Assembly: GCA_012839865.1 (NCBI GenBank)
Contig: DUMO01000051.1
Span: 1-64,000, forward strand
From: Clostridiaceae bacterium
Lineage (GTDB): Bacteria; Bacillota; Clostridia; CAYPLH01; DUMO01
Reading direction: 5' to 3'
DNA length: 64,000 bases
This document shows, piece after piece, positions 30,414 to 40,824 of this stretch. The translations under genes and the position numbers were made by a program. The first letter of the stretch is position 1, and each line of letters opens with the position of its first letter. The notes beneath the pieces are model-generated. The model made no database searches. It had not been told where the DNA came from and worked only from the letters and a program-made list of their open reading frames with translations.

Positions 30414-31643
30414 TTGGAAAGGATTTATAGCATCATTGATATAGGAACCTCCAGAGTTTCCACTATAATTTGCAGTGTAGAACATAAAAGTTACAATATC
30501 CTTGGGAAAGGTACCTGTCAATGTACTGGAATCACAAAAGGTTTCATAACAGAACCCAATAAGGTCATAGATTCCATAAATACAGCAGTTGAGCAGGCTG
30601 AGGCGATGGCCGGCGCATCAATCCATTCAGCATATTTAAATCTGAAACCGCTGCATATCGAAGTAATAAACAAAAGATGCCTGATTGATATTGACAGTGG
30701 AGACCGGAAAGTAACATCCGCCGATGTAAAAAAACTCAAGGAACAGTTGCGCCATATTGAATTGAATCAGGATTGGCAGCTTATAGATATTATTCCAAGA
30801 CAGTTTATTCTTGATAACAATGAAGGCATATTCGATCCTGTTTGCATGGTAGGAAGCAGGTTGGCAATTGACGCATATGTTATATGCGGATACAAGAACC
30901 ATATAAATTCCATAATTAAATGTCTCAGAAGTCTTGATATCGAACTTGACGGATTTATAATCGAGCCTCTTGCATCCGCAGAATCCGTATTTGGGAACAG
31001 CACAAACGAAAAAGGTGTAATTGTAATTAATATTGATGGCAATATGACAGATATCGCCTCCTTTTCAGGAGAAAAACTTGTTTTTTGCAAATCACTTCCC
31101 GTAGGCGGTGACAATATTCCGAAGGATTTGTCAATTTCTCTGCAAATTCCAATATCTGAAGCTCACAGACTGAAAAAACAATGTAATTTGGCTTTAAAGG
31201 ACATGGTCCAGGAGGACAAGGAATTTATTGTAACTGATTCTAATGATCCAACTGTAAAAAAGTCAGTGTATAAATCATGGGTTGCCGAGATAATTGAAGC
31301 CAGAATGAGTGAAATATTCACCTTAAGCAAGGACCTGATTTTAGACGGGGATGCAAATATGTATGATGCGGCCGAAATTCTTCTAACCGGGAGGGGAATA
31401 AACGATTTGTACGGATGCATAGAACTTGCAGGCAATGTGTTTGGGCTTCCTGTACGATATGTATCCTTTGATGATCCGTCCAACCCAGAATATACACAAT
31501 GCATTATTATGGCAAAATTCCTGTCAAGCTGCCCAAGCGATTTGTGGCCTTCCAGCAATGTGGAATTTTTTGCCCAGTCAAGCAACAAGAAAAAAAAGGG
31601 ATTTGTGGACAGGGTGATTTCGTTCCTGGAAAGATTTTTATAA
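30414..31643 (+). CDS. ftsA: Cell division protein FtsA (divergent)
   Basis: IDIGTSRV, IPRQFILD, EIIEARMSEIF, C-terminal amphipathic helix; lies before ftsZ. Confidence 0.9.
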   Translation: MERIYSIIDIGTSRVSTIICSVEHKSYNILGKGTCQCTGITKGFITEPNKVIDSINTAVEQAEAMAGASIHSAYLNLKPLHIEVINKRCLIDIDSGDRKVTSADVKKLKEQLRHIELNQDWQLIDIIPRQFILDNNEGIFDPVCMVGSRLAIDAYVICGYKNHINSIIKCLRSLDIELDGFIIEPLASAESVFGNSTNEKGVIVINIDGNMTDIASFSGEKLVFCKSLPVGGDNIPKDLSISLQIPISEAHRLKKQCNLALKDMVQEDKEFIVTDSNDPTVKKSVYKSWVAEIIEARMSEIFTLSKDLILDGDANMYDAAEILLTGRGINDLYGCIELAGNVFGLPVRYVSFDDPSNPEYTQCIIMAKFLSSCPSDLWPSSNVEFFAQSSNKKKKGFVDRVISFLERFL

Positions 31644-31824
31644 AAACAAAGGCTGTTTTTTATTTTCTGACCTGCTTGTTTTTTACCGGAGATTTAAAAA
31701 ATTTTCTTTAATTTTTATGGTATTGGCATTTACCTTATGCTAATATATATATTGATAACGTGGGGAAGGAAATATCTACTTGAAGTAGTTCAACATAACA
31801 AATGAAAAATCAAGGGGGATTCTC

Positions 31825-32931
31825 ATGCTTGAGTTTGATCTGGATATGGAAAATTTCGCTCAGATAAAGGTAATCGGAGTTGGCGGCGGTGGAAATAATG
31901 CTGTTAACCGAATGATTTCTGCTGGCCTTCGCGGCGTTGAGTTTATTGCAATTAACACGGACAAGCAGGTATTGTTACGTTCTGAGGCAAACACCAAAAT
32001 CCAAATAGGTGAAAAGCTTACCAAAGGATTAGGTGCCGGTGCCAACCCGGATATTGGTGAAAAAGCTGCAGAGGAATGCAAAGAAGAAATCAATCAGGCA
32101 ATCAAGGGTGCGGATATGGTATTTGTTACCGCCGGTATGGGTGGTGGAACAGGTACAGGTGCGGCTCCTGTTGTTGCACGGATTGCCAAGGAAATGGGAA
32201 TACTTACGGTTGCTGTTGTAACAAAACCTTTCGCATTTGAAGGACGGAAAAGGATGCAGAATGCCGAAAGGGGCATTGAAAATCTCAAAAGCAATGTTGA
32301 CACTCTTATTACCATACCTAATGACAGATTAATTCAAATAACAGATAAAAAGGCTTCAATAGTTGATGCGTTCAAAATGGCTGATGATGTTTTAAGACAA
32401 GGTGTGCAGGGTATTTCCGACCTTATTACAGTCCCCGGCCTGGTTAACGTGGATTTTGCCGATGTTAAGACAATTATGCTGAATCAGGGTCTTGCACATA
32501 TGGGCATTGGCAGGGCCAGCGGCGAAGGCAGGGCTGAGGTTGCAGTAAAACAAGCTATAGAAAGTCCCCTTTTGGAAACTTCAATAGACGGTGCAAGGGG
32601 AGTTCTCATTAACATAACCGGAGGGCTTGATATGGGGCTTCATGAAGTTAACACTGCAGCTGAAATGGTGCAAAAATCAGCTGATCCTGATGCAATTATC
32701 ATTGTTGGCGCAGCAATTGACGAAAATATGAAAGACGAAATAATGATGACAGTAATTGCAACCGGGTTTGATAAAGGCATGGGTTTAAGAAACGCAGAAA
32801 AGCCTGATAATCGTGATATCCCGGTTGGCAATGTGCCGCCGATACCCCAGAAAAATACGCCGGGAGTGAAAGATTTATCTTCTGTAGATCTGGATATTCC
32901 AACCTTCCTGAGAAGGAACCGGTTTAAATAA
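31825..32931 (+). CDS. ftsZ: Cell division protein FtsZ
   Basis: [29 protein letters not shown]-terminal LDIPTFLR. Confidence 0.99.
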   Translation: MLEFDLDMENFAQIKVIGVGGGGNNAVNRMISAGLRGVEFIAINTDKQVLLRSEANTKIQIGEKLTKGLGAGANPDIGEKAAEECKEEINQAIKGADMVFVTAGMGGGTGTGAAPVVARIAKEMGILTVAVVTKPFAFEGRKRMQNAERGIENLKSNVDTLITIPNDRLIQITDKKASIVDAFKMADDVLRQGVQGISDLITVPGLVNVDFADVKTIMLNQGLAHMGIGRASGEGRAEVAVKQAIESPLLETSIDGARGVLINITGGLDMGLHEVNTAAEMVQKSADPDAIIIVGAAIDENMKDEIMMTVIATGFDKGMGLRNAEKPDNRDIPVGNVPPIPQKNTPGVKDLSSVDLDIPTFLRRNRFK

Positions 32932-33308
32932 TATTTAAAGATATATAAAAAACTTTAAGAATATTGAATAATTTCGCGATTCAAAAAGACAAGCTTTAAA
33001 GGTGTGGCTTTTGCAGCATTCAGCCTTTCTGGCTTGTCTAAGGTTGTTATTGCAGGATTGTTTTTTCTGTTGAAATCTATGAATTTTTTTACATATACCC
33101 GGATATTTTATCCAGCGATGATTGCCTGCTTAATTTTAATAAATCCAGCCGATTTGTACCATTTAATTTTTTGCCGAACGCTAGTTTTGGTACAATTTTT
33201 TTATGTTTTTAATTGCAAGATAATTTCCCTTATAAATGCAGTAAATAACATGGATTTATTTAAAGTAACCGGCATGTGTTCATCATTTAAGTATTTTGAA
33301 AGATTTTG

Positions 33309-33355
33309 TTGACTTATTGGATAAATTGGTATATAATTAACAGGAACATACGTTC
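33309..33355 (+). promoter_or_regulatory. recA sigma-A promoter with LexA (Cheo) box
   Basis: TTGACT-17 bp-TATAAT (33309-33337) then GAAC-ATAC-GTTC (33344-33355). Confidence 0.85.
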
Positions 33356-33397
33356 GTTTAAAGACTAATACCAAAGTAATCAAGGGAGGTCAGCAAT

Positions 33398-34429
33398 ATG
33401 AATGAAAAGAAAAAAGCCCTGGAAGCCGCATTAGGTCAAATAGAAAAACAGTTTGGAAAAGGCGCGGTTATGAAACTTGGTGAAAACACCCGCCTGAACA
33501 TTGAAACCATACCTACCGGAGCTTTATGCCTGGATTTGGCGCTTGGCGTAGGTGGTGTGCCGAGGGGAAGAATTGTCGAAGTATTCGGACCTGAATCATC
33601 CGGTAAGACCACAGTTGCACTGCACATAATTGCAGAAGCGCAAAAAGCCGGAGGAGATGCCGCTTTTATTGATGCAGAGCATGCCCTGGACCCGGCGTAT
33701 GCAAAAAAAGTTGGAGTTGATATAGACAATCTTATAGTATCCCAGCCGGACACAGGCGAACAAGCACTGGAAATTGCAGAAGCCCTTGTAAGAAGCGGAG
33801 CTATTGATGTTATTGTAATTGACTCGGTTGCCGCACTTGTCCCAAAAGCTGAAATAGACGGGGAAATGGGCGACAGCCATGTAGGTTTGCAGGCCAGGCT
33901 TATGTCACAGGCTTTAAGAAAACTTGCAGGTGTGGTAAGCAAATCCAAAACCACAGCAATTTTTATCAACCAGTTGAGAGAAAAAGTCGGTGTTATGTTT
34001 GGGAATCCTGAAACAACTCCCGGTGGCAGAGCTCTCAAGTTTTACTCTACAATCAGGCTTGAAGTAAGAAGGATAGAGTCTTTAAAGCAGGGTACCGATG
34101 TTATAGGAAACAGAACCCGTGTAAAGGTGGTTAAGAATAAAGTCGCACCTCCATTTAAAGAAGCCGAATTTGACATAATTTACGGGGAAGGGATTTCAAA
34201 GGAAGGCTGCATCCTTGATGTAGGAACTGAGCTTAATATAGTTGGCAAAAGCGGTTCCTGGTATTCGTATAATGACCAGAGAATCGGACAGGGAAGAGAC
34301 AATGCAAAGCAGTTCCTCAGGGAAAATCCTGAAATATCCAAGGAAATAGAAGACAAAATTAGAATCAAATGCAATTTAAAACCTAATGCTTTACCCGCTG
34401 AGGAAAAAACGGCAGAAGTTGTTGAATGA
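33398..34429 (+). CDS. recA: Recombinase RecA
   Basis: [32 protein letters not shown]. Confidence 0.99.
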   Translation: MNEKKKALEAALGQIEKQFGKGAVMKLGENTRLNIETIPTGALCLDLALGVGGVPRGRIVEVFGPESSGKTTVALHIIAEAQKAGGDAAFIDAEHALDPAYAKKVGVDIDNLIVSQPDTGEQALEIAEALVRSGAIDVIVIDSVAALVPKAEIDGEMGDSHVGLQARLMSQALRKLAGVVSKSKTTAIFINQLREKVGVMFGNPETTPGGRALKFYSTIRLEVRRIESLKQGTDVIGNRTRVKVVKNKVAPPFKEAEFDIIYGEGISKEGCILDVGTELNIVGKSGSWYSYNDQRIGQGRDNAKQFLRENPEISKEIEDKIRIKCNLKPNALPAEEKTAEVVE

Positions 34430-34587
34430 TAATACTGCGCACTCTGGCATTATACTGTTCCCGGCGTGAAAGATGAACCACCATGCCTGCCGCATAATAT
34501 ATGCTTCACAAAAAGCTGTTTTAATGCTATATTTTGAATGTGCATACAACTTATTTATAGTTTTGGTTTTTAGGATAAAAGGTGATT

Positions 34588-35208
34588 ATGATGAAAATAA
34601 CATCTATTGAAAAGGGAAAAAAAACCAACGAAAAATATTCGGTATATGTGGATGACAAGTTCGCTTTTTCAATTCCAGAGGAAGATTTTATTGAGCTTAA
34701 CCTGTATGAAAAAAGTGAATTAACAGAAGAAGAAATAAGATCCATCAGGGAACATGTTTTATTCAAAGCAGCCAAGAAAACAGCAATCAGATTTTTATCC
34801 TTAAAATACCGAAGCGAAAATGAAGTCCGGAAAAAACTGAGCAGAGAGGGATTCAGTAAGGACATTACAGATAGAGTTGTATCAGAATTGCGAAGCATGG
34901 GGTATATTAACGACCAGATTTACGCCCAGAAATATTTATACGACAGAAGCAAGCTGAAACCAAAATCAAAAAGAATGTTGAAGTATGAATTAATTAATAA
35001 AGGCGTAAATGAGAATATTATAGATAGTATCCTCGACAATTGGGAACTGGATGACAGAAATCTGGCAATCAGTCTTGTCAAAAAAAAGTTCGGAAAATAT
35101 GACATGAATGATGAAAAGATATTTAGAAAAGCTTATGCCTTTTTGAGGCACAGGGGATTTGATGAAAGTATCATATTTGATGTGCTTAAGGAGTTTACAA
35201 AGGCTTAA
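34588..35208 (+). CDS. recX: Regulatory protein RecX
   Basis: LSLKYRSENEVRKKL, GYIND..YA, AFLRHRGF; follows recA. Confidence 0.92.
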   Translation: MMKITSIEKGKKTNEKYSVYVDDKFAFSIPEEDFIELNLYEKSELTEEEIRSIREHVLFKAAKKTAIRFLSLKYRSENEVRKKLSREGFSKDITDRVVSELRSMGYINDQIYAQKYLYDRSKLKPKSKRMLKYELINKGVNENIIDSILDNWELDDRNLAISLVKKKFGKYDMNDEKIFRKAYAFLRHRGFDESIIFDVLKEFTKA

Positions 35209-35384
35209 CCCTAAGCCCTGATGTTAGTCACCGGGATGGAGTTTTAATTCCTGGCTTAAAAGCCAGGCGGCAATACAAGTCGTAAAACCAAAACAGGTCC
35301 CCTGGCTCAAGTCACAGGAATGTCAAAGCCTGAAGCTTTGCTATAACAGCTAAATACAATTATTTGGATTAACGGAGGTAGGCT

Positions 35385-36722
35385 TTGAAAGCAAAAATCG
35401 GAATGGTATCTCTCGGGTGCGCAAAGAATCTTGTGGACAGCGAGATAATGCTGGGAATGCTAAGGAATGAATATGAAATTACAGCTGACGAAAAGGCGGC
35501 TGATGTTATTATAATAAATACCTGTGGTTTCATAGATACCGCCAAGGAAGAGTCAATCAACACAATTCTTGAAATGGCACAGCACAAGAAAAAAAACTGC
35601 AAATGTATTATAGTTACGGGTTGCCTTGCAGAAAGGTACCGGGATGAAATTTTACAAGAGATACCTGAAGTAGATGCGGTTATCGGCACCGGAAATTACA
35701 GTGATATAATAAATGCAGTCAATAATGCACTTGCCGGACAAAAGTATGTTAATACAAGCCCCCTGAAAGATGTTGATTATCTTGATAAAGAAAGGGTTGT
35801 CTCTACAGGTAAGGGTTTCGCTTATCTGAAAATTGCCGAGGGATGCGACAACTGCTGTACTTATTGCATTATACCGTCATTAAGGGGACGACTGAAAAGC
35901 AGAAAAATTGAAAGTATCGTAAATGAAGCCAGATGGCTTGCCGATAATGGCTACAGGGAAATAATTCTTGTTGCCCAGGACACATCCCGCTACGGACTTG
36001 ATATCTATGGTAAAAAAATGCTTGCGGAGTTATTGAGAAAACTTGGTGAAATTAAAGACTTGTTATGGATCAGAGTGCTTTATTGCTACCCTGAAGCAAT
36101 TGACGATGAACTAATAAATGAATTTTTGGAGAATGATAAAGTCTGTAAATACCTGGATATCCCCATACAGCATTTCAGTGACAGAATTCTGAAAATGATG
36201 GGAAGAAGAGGCACCTCAAAGGATATTTTAAATGTGATTGAAAAAGTCCGGAAGAAAATTCCTGGGATAATTCTAAGAACGACAATGATTGTTGGTTTTC
36301 CAGGTGAAAAGGAAGAAGATTTCGATATTCTTTGTAATTTTATAAAGAATATAAAGTTTGACAGGCTTGGAGTTTTTACCTATTCTAGAGAGGAGAACAC
36401 TCCGGCAGCCGGGTTTCCGGACCAGGTGGATGAAGAAGTAAAACTTGAAAGATATAATAAATTGATGAGCATCCAGAAAAAAATTGCGGTTGCAAAGAAT
36501 AAAAAACGAGTTGGAAAGGTCTATCCTGCAATTGTAGAGGGTTTATCAGAAGATGGCATTTTTTACTTTGGCAGAACCTACGCTGAAGCTCCTGATGTTG
36601 ACAGCAAAGTATATTTTACAAGCCAGGAGCCTTTAAAGGAAGGCAGTTTTGTCAATGTTAAAATCTTAAATTCTGATGAGTACGACCTGATAGGAGAGGT
36701 TATTAATGAATTTGCCGAATAA
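35385..36722 (+). CDS. rimO: Ribosomal protein S12 methylthiotransferase
   Basis: SLGCAKNLVDSE, NTCGFI, CDNCCTYC radical-SAM motif, TRAM domain. Confidence 0.96.
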   Translation: MKAKIGMVSLGCAKNLVDSEIMLGMLRNEYEITADEKAADVIIINTCGFIDTAKEESINTILEMAQHKKKNCKCIIVTGCLAERYRDEILQEIPEVDAVIGTGNYSDIINAVNNALAGQKYVNTSPLKDVDYLDKERVVSTGKGFAYLKIAEGCDNCCTYCIIPSLRGRLKSRKIESIVNEARWLADNGYREIILVAQDTSRYGLDIYGKKMLAELLRKLGEIKDLLWIRVLYCYPEAIDDELINEFLENDKVCKYLDIPIQHFSDRILKMMGRRGTSKDILNVIEKVRKKIPGIILRTTMIVGFPGEKEEDFDILCNFIKNIKFDRLGVFTYSREENTPAAGFPDQVDEEVKLERYNKLMSIQKKIAVAKNKKRVGKVYPAIVEGLSEDGIFYFGRTYAEAPDVDSKVYFTSQEPLKEGSFVNVKILNSDEYDLIGEVINEFAE

Positions 36723-37326
36723 GATAACAGTTTCCAGAATATTTCTGGTACCTGTGTTTATGTTGTTTATTTTGCCGTTCCCGGACTGGCTTTTAACCAG
36801 CGATTTATTTAAATTTATTAATCCACAGTTAACCGCCATTCATAATTTTATGCAAAATTACGGCCATATCCTTGGAGCTGTTTTCTTTCTTTTGGCGGCC
36901 TCAACAGACGGCATTGACGGCTATATTGCAAGAAAACATAAAATGGTGACCAAGTTTGGAATTTTCCTTGATCCCATAGCTGATAAACTCATTATTGCAG
37001 CTGCATTAATAGGACTTGTACAAAGGAATTATGTTACAGGCTGGGCAGCAATGGTTATTATCGGAAGGGAGTTCATTGTCACTGGTTTGAGATTGCTTGC
37101 AGCCGGTGAAGGCATAGTCATTTCTGCAGGAATCTGGGGAAAGATAAAAATGGTTACCCAGGTTGTCGGCGTTGCTTTAATGCTTCTGGATAATTGGCCT
37201 TTCTCATTGTTTACTTCATTCAGGGTTGATAAATTTGCCATGTGGATTGCAATATTTGCAACTATTTATTCAATGTTCGACTATTTAAAAAAGAATATAA
37301 AATTGATTGATTTGAAGAAATCATAA
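36706..37326 (+). CDS. pgsA: CDP-diacylglycerol--glycerol-3-phosphate 3-phosphatidyltransferase
   Basis: NLPNKIT, DGIDGYIARK...T.FG.FLDPIADK. Confidence 0.96.
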   Translation: MNLPNKITVSRIFLVPVFMLFILPFPDWLLTSDLFKFINPQLTAIHNFMQNYGHILGAVFFLLAASTDGIDGYIARKHKMVTKFGIFLDPIADKLIIAAALIGLVQRNYVTGWAAMVIIGREFIVTGLRLLAAGEGIVISAGIWGKIKMVTQVVGVALMLLDNWPFSLFTSFRVDKFAMWIAIFATIYSMFDYLKKNIKLIDLKKS

Positions 37327-37734
37327 AACCGGTACCTGATGTATTTCCTTTATATTGCCCAGGGCAAAAGATGCTGCAAATTCGTTTATCGCAAGTTATT
37401 TTATTTGCAGCAGTTCGCTCATCCCATAGAGGTAATACTGCTAGAGCAATATATGTTTTCCATAGTAATTATTCCTTTCATATGATATTTGCTTATCTTT
37501 ATTGTGTTGTATGACTCACCGCATATATTTTATTGCCAATCAAACCCTTTACGGTCTTTTCCTGAAAAACTCTTATGCACCATTTTTTAAGTCACTGTAG
37601 CTGAAATGTATGATGAACAATAATAACCGGCTTCATTTTGTTAGAAAACCAGGTTCGGTAAAGGCAAAAAATGCTTGAAAAAAAAGGTGTTTTTTCACTT
37701 TTTGAGCCATTAAGAGCAAGTAAAAGCGGTAGCA

Positions 37735-37890
37735 TTTTCAGCGAACCGTCGGTTTTCTAAAATAAGAGCCTTGTTCCAGAAAAGCCCGGGGGCATCGAAC
37801 CACGCTCGCTTTCGGCTGGATTTGTTACGCAAATAGCCCTGTTCTGCATACATTTCGTTCATGCCGGATTTATGTCGGGTTACAAGCTGA
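37735..37890. mobile_element. MITE-like dispersed repeat, copy B
   Basis: TTCAGCGAACCGTCGGTTTTCTAAAATAAGAGCCTTGTTCCAGAAAAGCCCGG...TACATTTCGTTCATG matches copies A and C. Confidence 0.8.
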
Positions 37891-37967
37891 AAAAAACCTT
37901 AATAAAAATTTTTTTATGAAAATATTGCATAAAATTAAATTGTGTAATATACTTTTATAAGTAACAT

Positions 37968-37984
37968 TTAGTATCAGGTAATAA
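37968..37984. promoter_or_regulatory. FapR operator
   Basis: TTAGTA-TCAGG-TAATAA fits the 17-bp TTAGTA-N5-TACTAA palindrome; just upstream of fapR. Confidence 0.8.
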
Positions 37985-38015
37985 TTTTCTGAAATCCTTT
38001 GTGAGGTGCTTTGAT

Positions 38016-38591
38016 ATGGGGAAAAATTCCCTGGCGAAAAAGGAACGCCAAAGGATTCTTCTGGAAAAGCTGGAAGATGATCCTTTTCTAACAGATGAAG
38101 AGTTGTCAGAAATATTCCAGGTAAGTGTTCCAACTATAAGACTGGATCGATTGGAGCTTGGCATACCTGAATTAAGGCAAAGGATCAAGGATGTAGCCGA
38201 ATTGAATTACAGCAAGGTAAAATCCTTGCAAAGCAGTGAAATCGTAGGGGAACTCATTGATTTAAAATTAGGTCAAAGCGGTATATCTATTCTGGAAACA
38301 GAAGATAGCATGGCTTTTGAACGCACAAAAATCGTGAGGGGGCATTTCATTTATTCTTTTGCTGAGTCCCTGGCTATAGCAGTAATTGATGCAAATGTAG
38401 CCCTGGTAGGTGTTGCCAATATAAAATATAAAATACCGGTTTATTCAAATACAAAACTTATTGCCAAGGCTGAGGTCAAAAGGCGCCTTGATAATAAATA
38501 CATTGTATGGGTTAAGATATACAGGAAGGAGGATGAAGTTTTCAGAGGTAAATTTATTCTGGTATCTATTGAAAACAGTAATAATTCATAG
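38016..38591 (+). CDS. fapR: Fatty acid biosynthesis regulator FapR
   Basis: [33 protein letters not shown]; hot-dog domain RGHFI. Confidence 0.95.
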   Translation: MGKNSLAKKERQRILLEKLEDDPFLTDEELSEIFQVSVPTIRLDRLELGIPELRQRIKDVAELNYSKVKSLQSSEIVGELIDLKLGQSGISILETEDSMAFERTKIVRGHFIYSFAESLAIAVIDANVALVGVANIKYKIPVYSNTKLIAKAEVKRRLDNKYIVWVKIYRKEDEVFRGKFILVSIENSNNS

Positions 38592-38746
38592 TAAATTATG
38601 ATTAAAACTCAAAAAGTATATTATTTGTGCTTTACATACAATATATAGAGTCAAAGATACATTTTTGCAATGGCTTGTTGTGTGGAAGGCCGTTCAAATT
38701 ACTATTTGGGAATAATCATATTAAATATAAATGGGAGTGAAATAGT

Positions 38747-39757
38747 TTGCTGATACTTGTAGATGCTATGGGTGGAGACAATGCACCGAAACAAATTGTT
38801 AACGGATGTATAGATGCAGTTGAGGAATCTGAAGGATTCGATATTCTTTTAATTGGTGATGGAAAGCAGATAAATGAAATATTAAAGAAAAGAAAGTACA
38901 ACAAATCCAGAATAAATATTGAACATGCTCCCGATACCATTAACAACGACGATATTCCAACAAAATCCATCAGAAATAAAACTGAATCTTCAATGGTTGT
39001 TGGATTCAACCTGCTTAAAGAAAAGAAAGGAGATGCTTTTCTTTCTGCAGGAAACAGCGGGGCACTGATGGCAGGAGCACTGTTTATACTTGGCAGAATA
39101 AAAGGCGTAGACAGGCCAGCCCTTGCAACAATTATCCCTACCAGAACCGGTATGTCCCTTTTAATTGATGCAGGTCTTAATCCTATATGCAAACCTATAA
39201 ACTATTATCAGTTCGGAATTATGGGGTCAATTTACATGCAGCAGTTCTTTAATATTCCAAATCCCAAAGTAGGGCTGGTAAATGTCGGGGCGGAAGAAAA
39301 AAAGGGAAATATCGTGATTCAACAGGCATTTGACCTTTTGGGGCAGGCACCCATAAACTTTATAGGCAACATTGAAGGCAGGCAGATACCTTTAGGTGAG
39401 GCGGACGTAATTGTGTGCGACGGTTTTGTGGGAAATGTTCTCTTAAAATTTCTTGAAGGCATTGGCTCATTTATCAAAGGCACTTTGAAAGAAATGTATT
39501 CAAGAAATTTCCTGTCCAAGGCTTCTGCCTTGTTTGTCAGAAAAGACCTGAAAAAAATAAGCAAACGCATGGACTACGAGGAGTATGGAGGAACACCGCT
39601 TCTTGGCGTTAATGGCCTTGTAATTAAAAGCCATGGAAGTTCAAGCGCAAAAGCCATCAAGAACGCTGTTATTAAATGCAGTTATTTTGCTAAAAACTGC
39701 ATCACTAATCAAATTTTAGAGGCTCTTAATACCAAAGGAGTTGAAGGAATTGTCTAA
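38747..39757 (+). CDS. plsX: Phosphate acyltransferase PlsX
   Basis: VDAMGGDNAP, SAGNSGA, DRPALA, CDGFVGN, IKSHGSS. Confidence 0.97.
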   Translation: MLILVDAMGGDNAPKQIVNGCIDAVEESEGFDILLIGDGKQINEILKKRKYNKSRINIEHAPDTINNDDIPTKSIRNKTESSMVVGFNLLKEKKGDAFLSAGNSGALMAGALFILGRIKGVDRPALATIIPTRTGMSLLIDAGLNPICKPINYYQFGIMGSIYMQQFFNIPNPKVGLVNVGAEEKKGNIVIQQAFDLLGQAPINFIGNIEGRQIPLGEADVIVCDGFVGNVLLKFLEGIGSFIKGTLKEMYSRNFLSKASALFVRKDLKKISKRMDYEEYGGTPLLGVNGLVIKSHGSSSAKAIKNAVIKCSYFAKNCITNQILEALNTKGVEGIV

Positions 39758-40745
39758 TTTCGGTTATACCTCAGGTATATTGGGAATTGGGGGTGTACTG
39801 CCTGAAAAAGTACTCACTAATTTCGATCTTGAAGAAATAGTAGATACCAGTAATGAATGGATTGTTCAAAGGACTGGAATACATTCAAGAAGAATTCTTG
39901 AAAAAGATCAACCGGCATACCTTCTGGGTGTGGAAGCAGCCAAAATCGCCTTGAATGAAGCTGGCATCGATGCAAAGGATATAGATTTGATAATTACCAC
40001 TACTGAGACACCGGATTACCTTTCTCCCTCCACGTCTTGCCTGATTCAAAAGGAAATTGGAGCAGATAAGGCATCCGCTTTTGATTTGAACGCAGCATGT
40101 TCAGGGTTTGTATATGGACTTACAGTTGCCAGCCAGTTTATTGCAACAGGATATTACAAATACATACTGGTGGTGGCTTGTGAGGGGCTTTCAAAGGTTA
40201 CCGACTGGGAAGACCGGAAAACCTGCATACTCTTTTCCGATGGCGCCGGGGCTGCAGTTGTGGGCCCGGAACAGGAAGGTTACGGGATATTGCAGACAAA
40301 TATCGGAGCTGTTGGCAGCCTGGGACATAATATAACAATTCCTTGCTGTTATATCAGTCAGGAGGACATTGAAAACCGCCCCAATAAAAATAAACGGGTA
40401 GTCTGGATGAACGGCAGTGAGGTTTTGAAATTTGCAGTCAGAGCCATGGAGAGTTCTACTAGAACAATCCTGGATAATGCGGGGCTCACGGTGGATGATA
40501 TCAGCCTGATTATACCGCATCAGGCTAATATAAGAATAATCGACAATGCTTTAAAACGTCTTGGAATTCCTGAATCAAAAGCAGTTATTAATTTGGATAA
40601 ATACGGAAACAACTCTTCTGCTTCAATACCGATAGCCTTGTATGAAGCTAAGAAGGGAAACAAACTGAATAAAGACGATTATGTTGTGCTGGTCGGTTTT
40701 GGCGGAGGGCTGACATATGGTTCAGTGCTGCTCAAGTGGCGCTAA
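39750..40745 (+). CDS. fabH: Beta-ketoacyl-ACP synthase III
   Basis: DLNAACSGF, PHQAN, YGNNSSAS triad; TTG start 9 nt after GGAG. Confidence 0.96.
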   Translation: MSNFGYTSGILGIGGVLPEKVLTNFDLEEIVDTSNEWIVQRTGIHSRRILEKDQPAYLLGVEAAKIALNEAGIDAKDIDLIITTTETPDYLSPSTSCLIQKEIGADKASAFDLNAACSGFVYGLTVASQFIATGYYKYILVVACEGLSKVTDWEDRKTCILFSDGAGAAVVGPEQEGYGILQTNIGAVGSLGHNITIPCCYISQEDIENRPNKNKRVVWMNGSEVLKFAVRAMESSTRTILDNAGLTVDDISLIIPHQANIRIIDNALKRLGIPESKAVINLDKYGNNSSASIPIALYEAKKGNKLNKDDYVVLVGFGGGLTYGSVLLKWR

Positions 40746-40824
40746 GCAACAACAGATATTTGAACCGGCATTTCAACCTTGATTCTTTATGTAAACATCA
40801 TTTGACAAAAGCGGGGTGGTTTAT

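Noticed and set aside
33004..33383. ORFs in the ftsZ-recA gap
   Set aside because: No RBS, they overlap the recA promoter and operator, and composition is not protein-like
35209..35384. 6S RNA
   Set aside because: The 5' end resembles it superficially, but the rod is only about 125 nt with no closing stem and no central bubble
38699..38715. Additional FapR boxes before plsX (and at about 43217-43233 before fabF)
   Set aside because: Four or more mismatches to the 17-bp palindrome in AT-rich DNA; not distinguishable from chance
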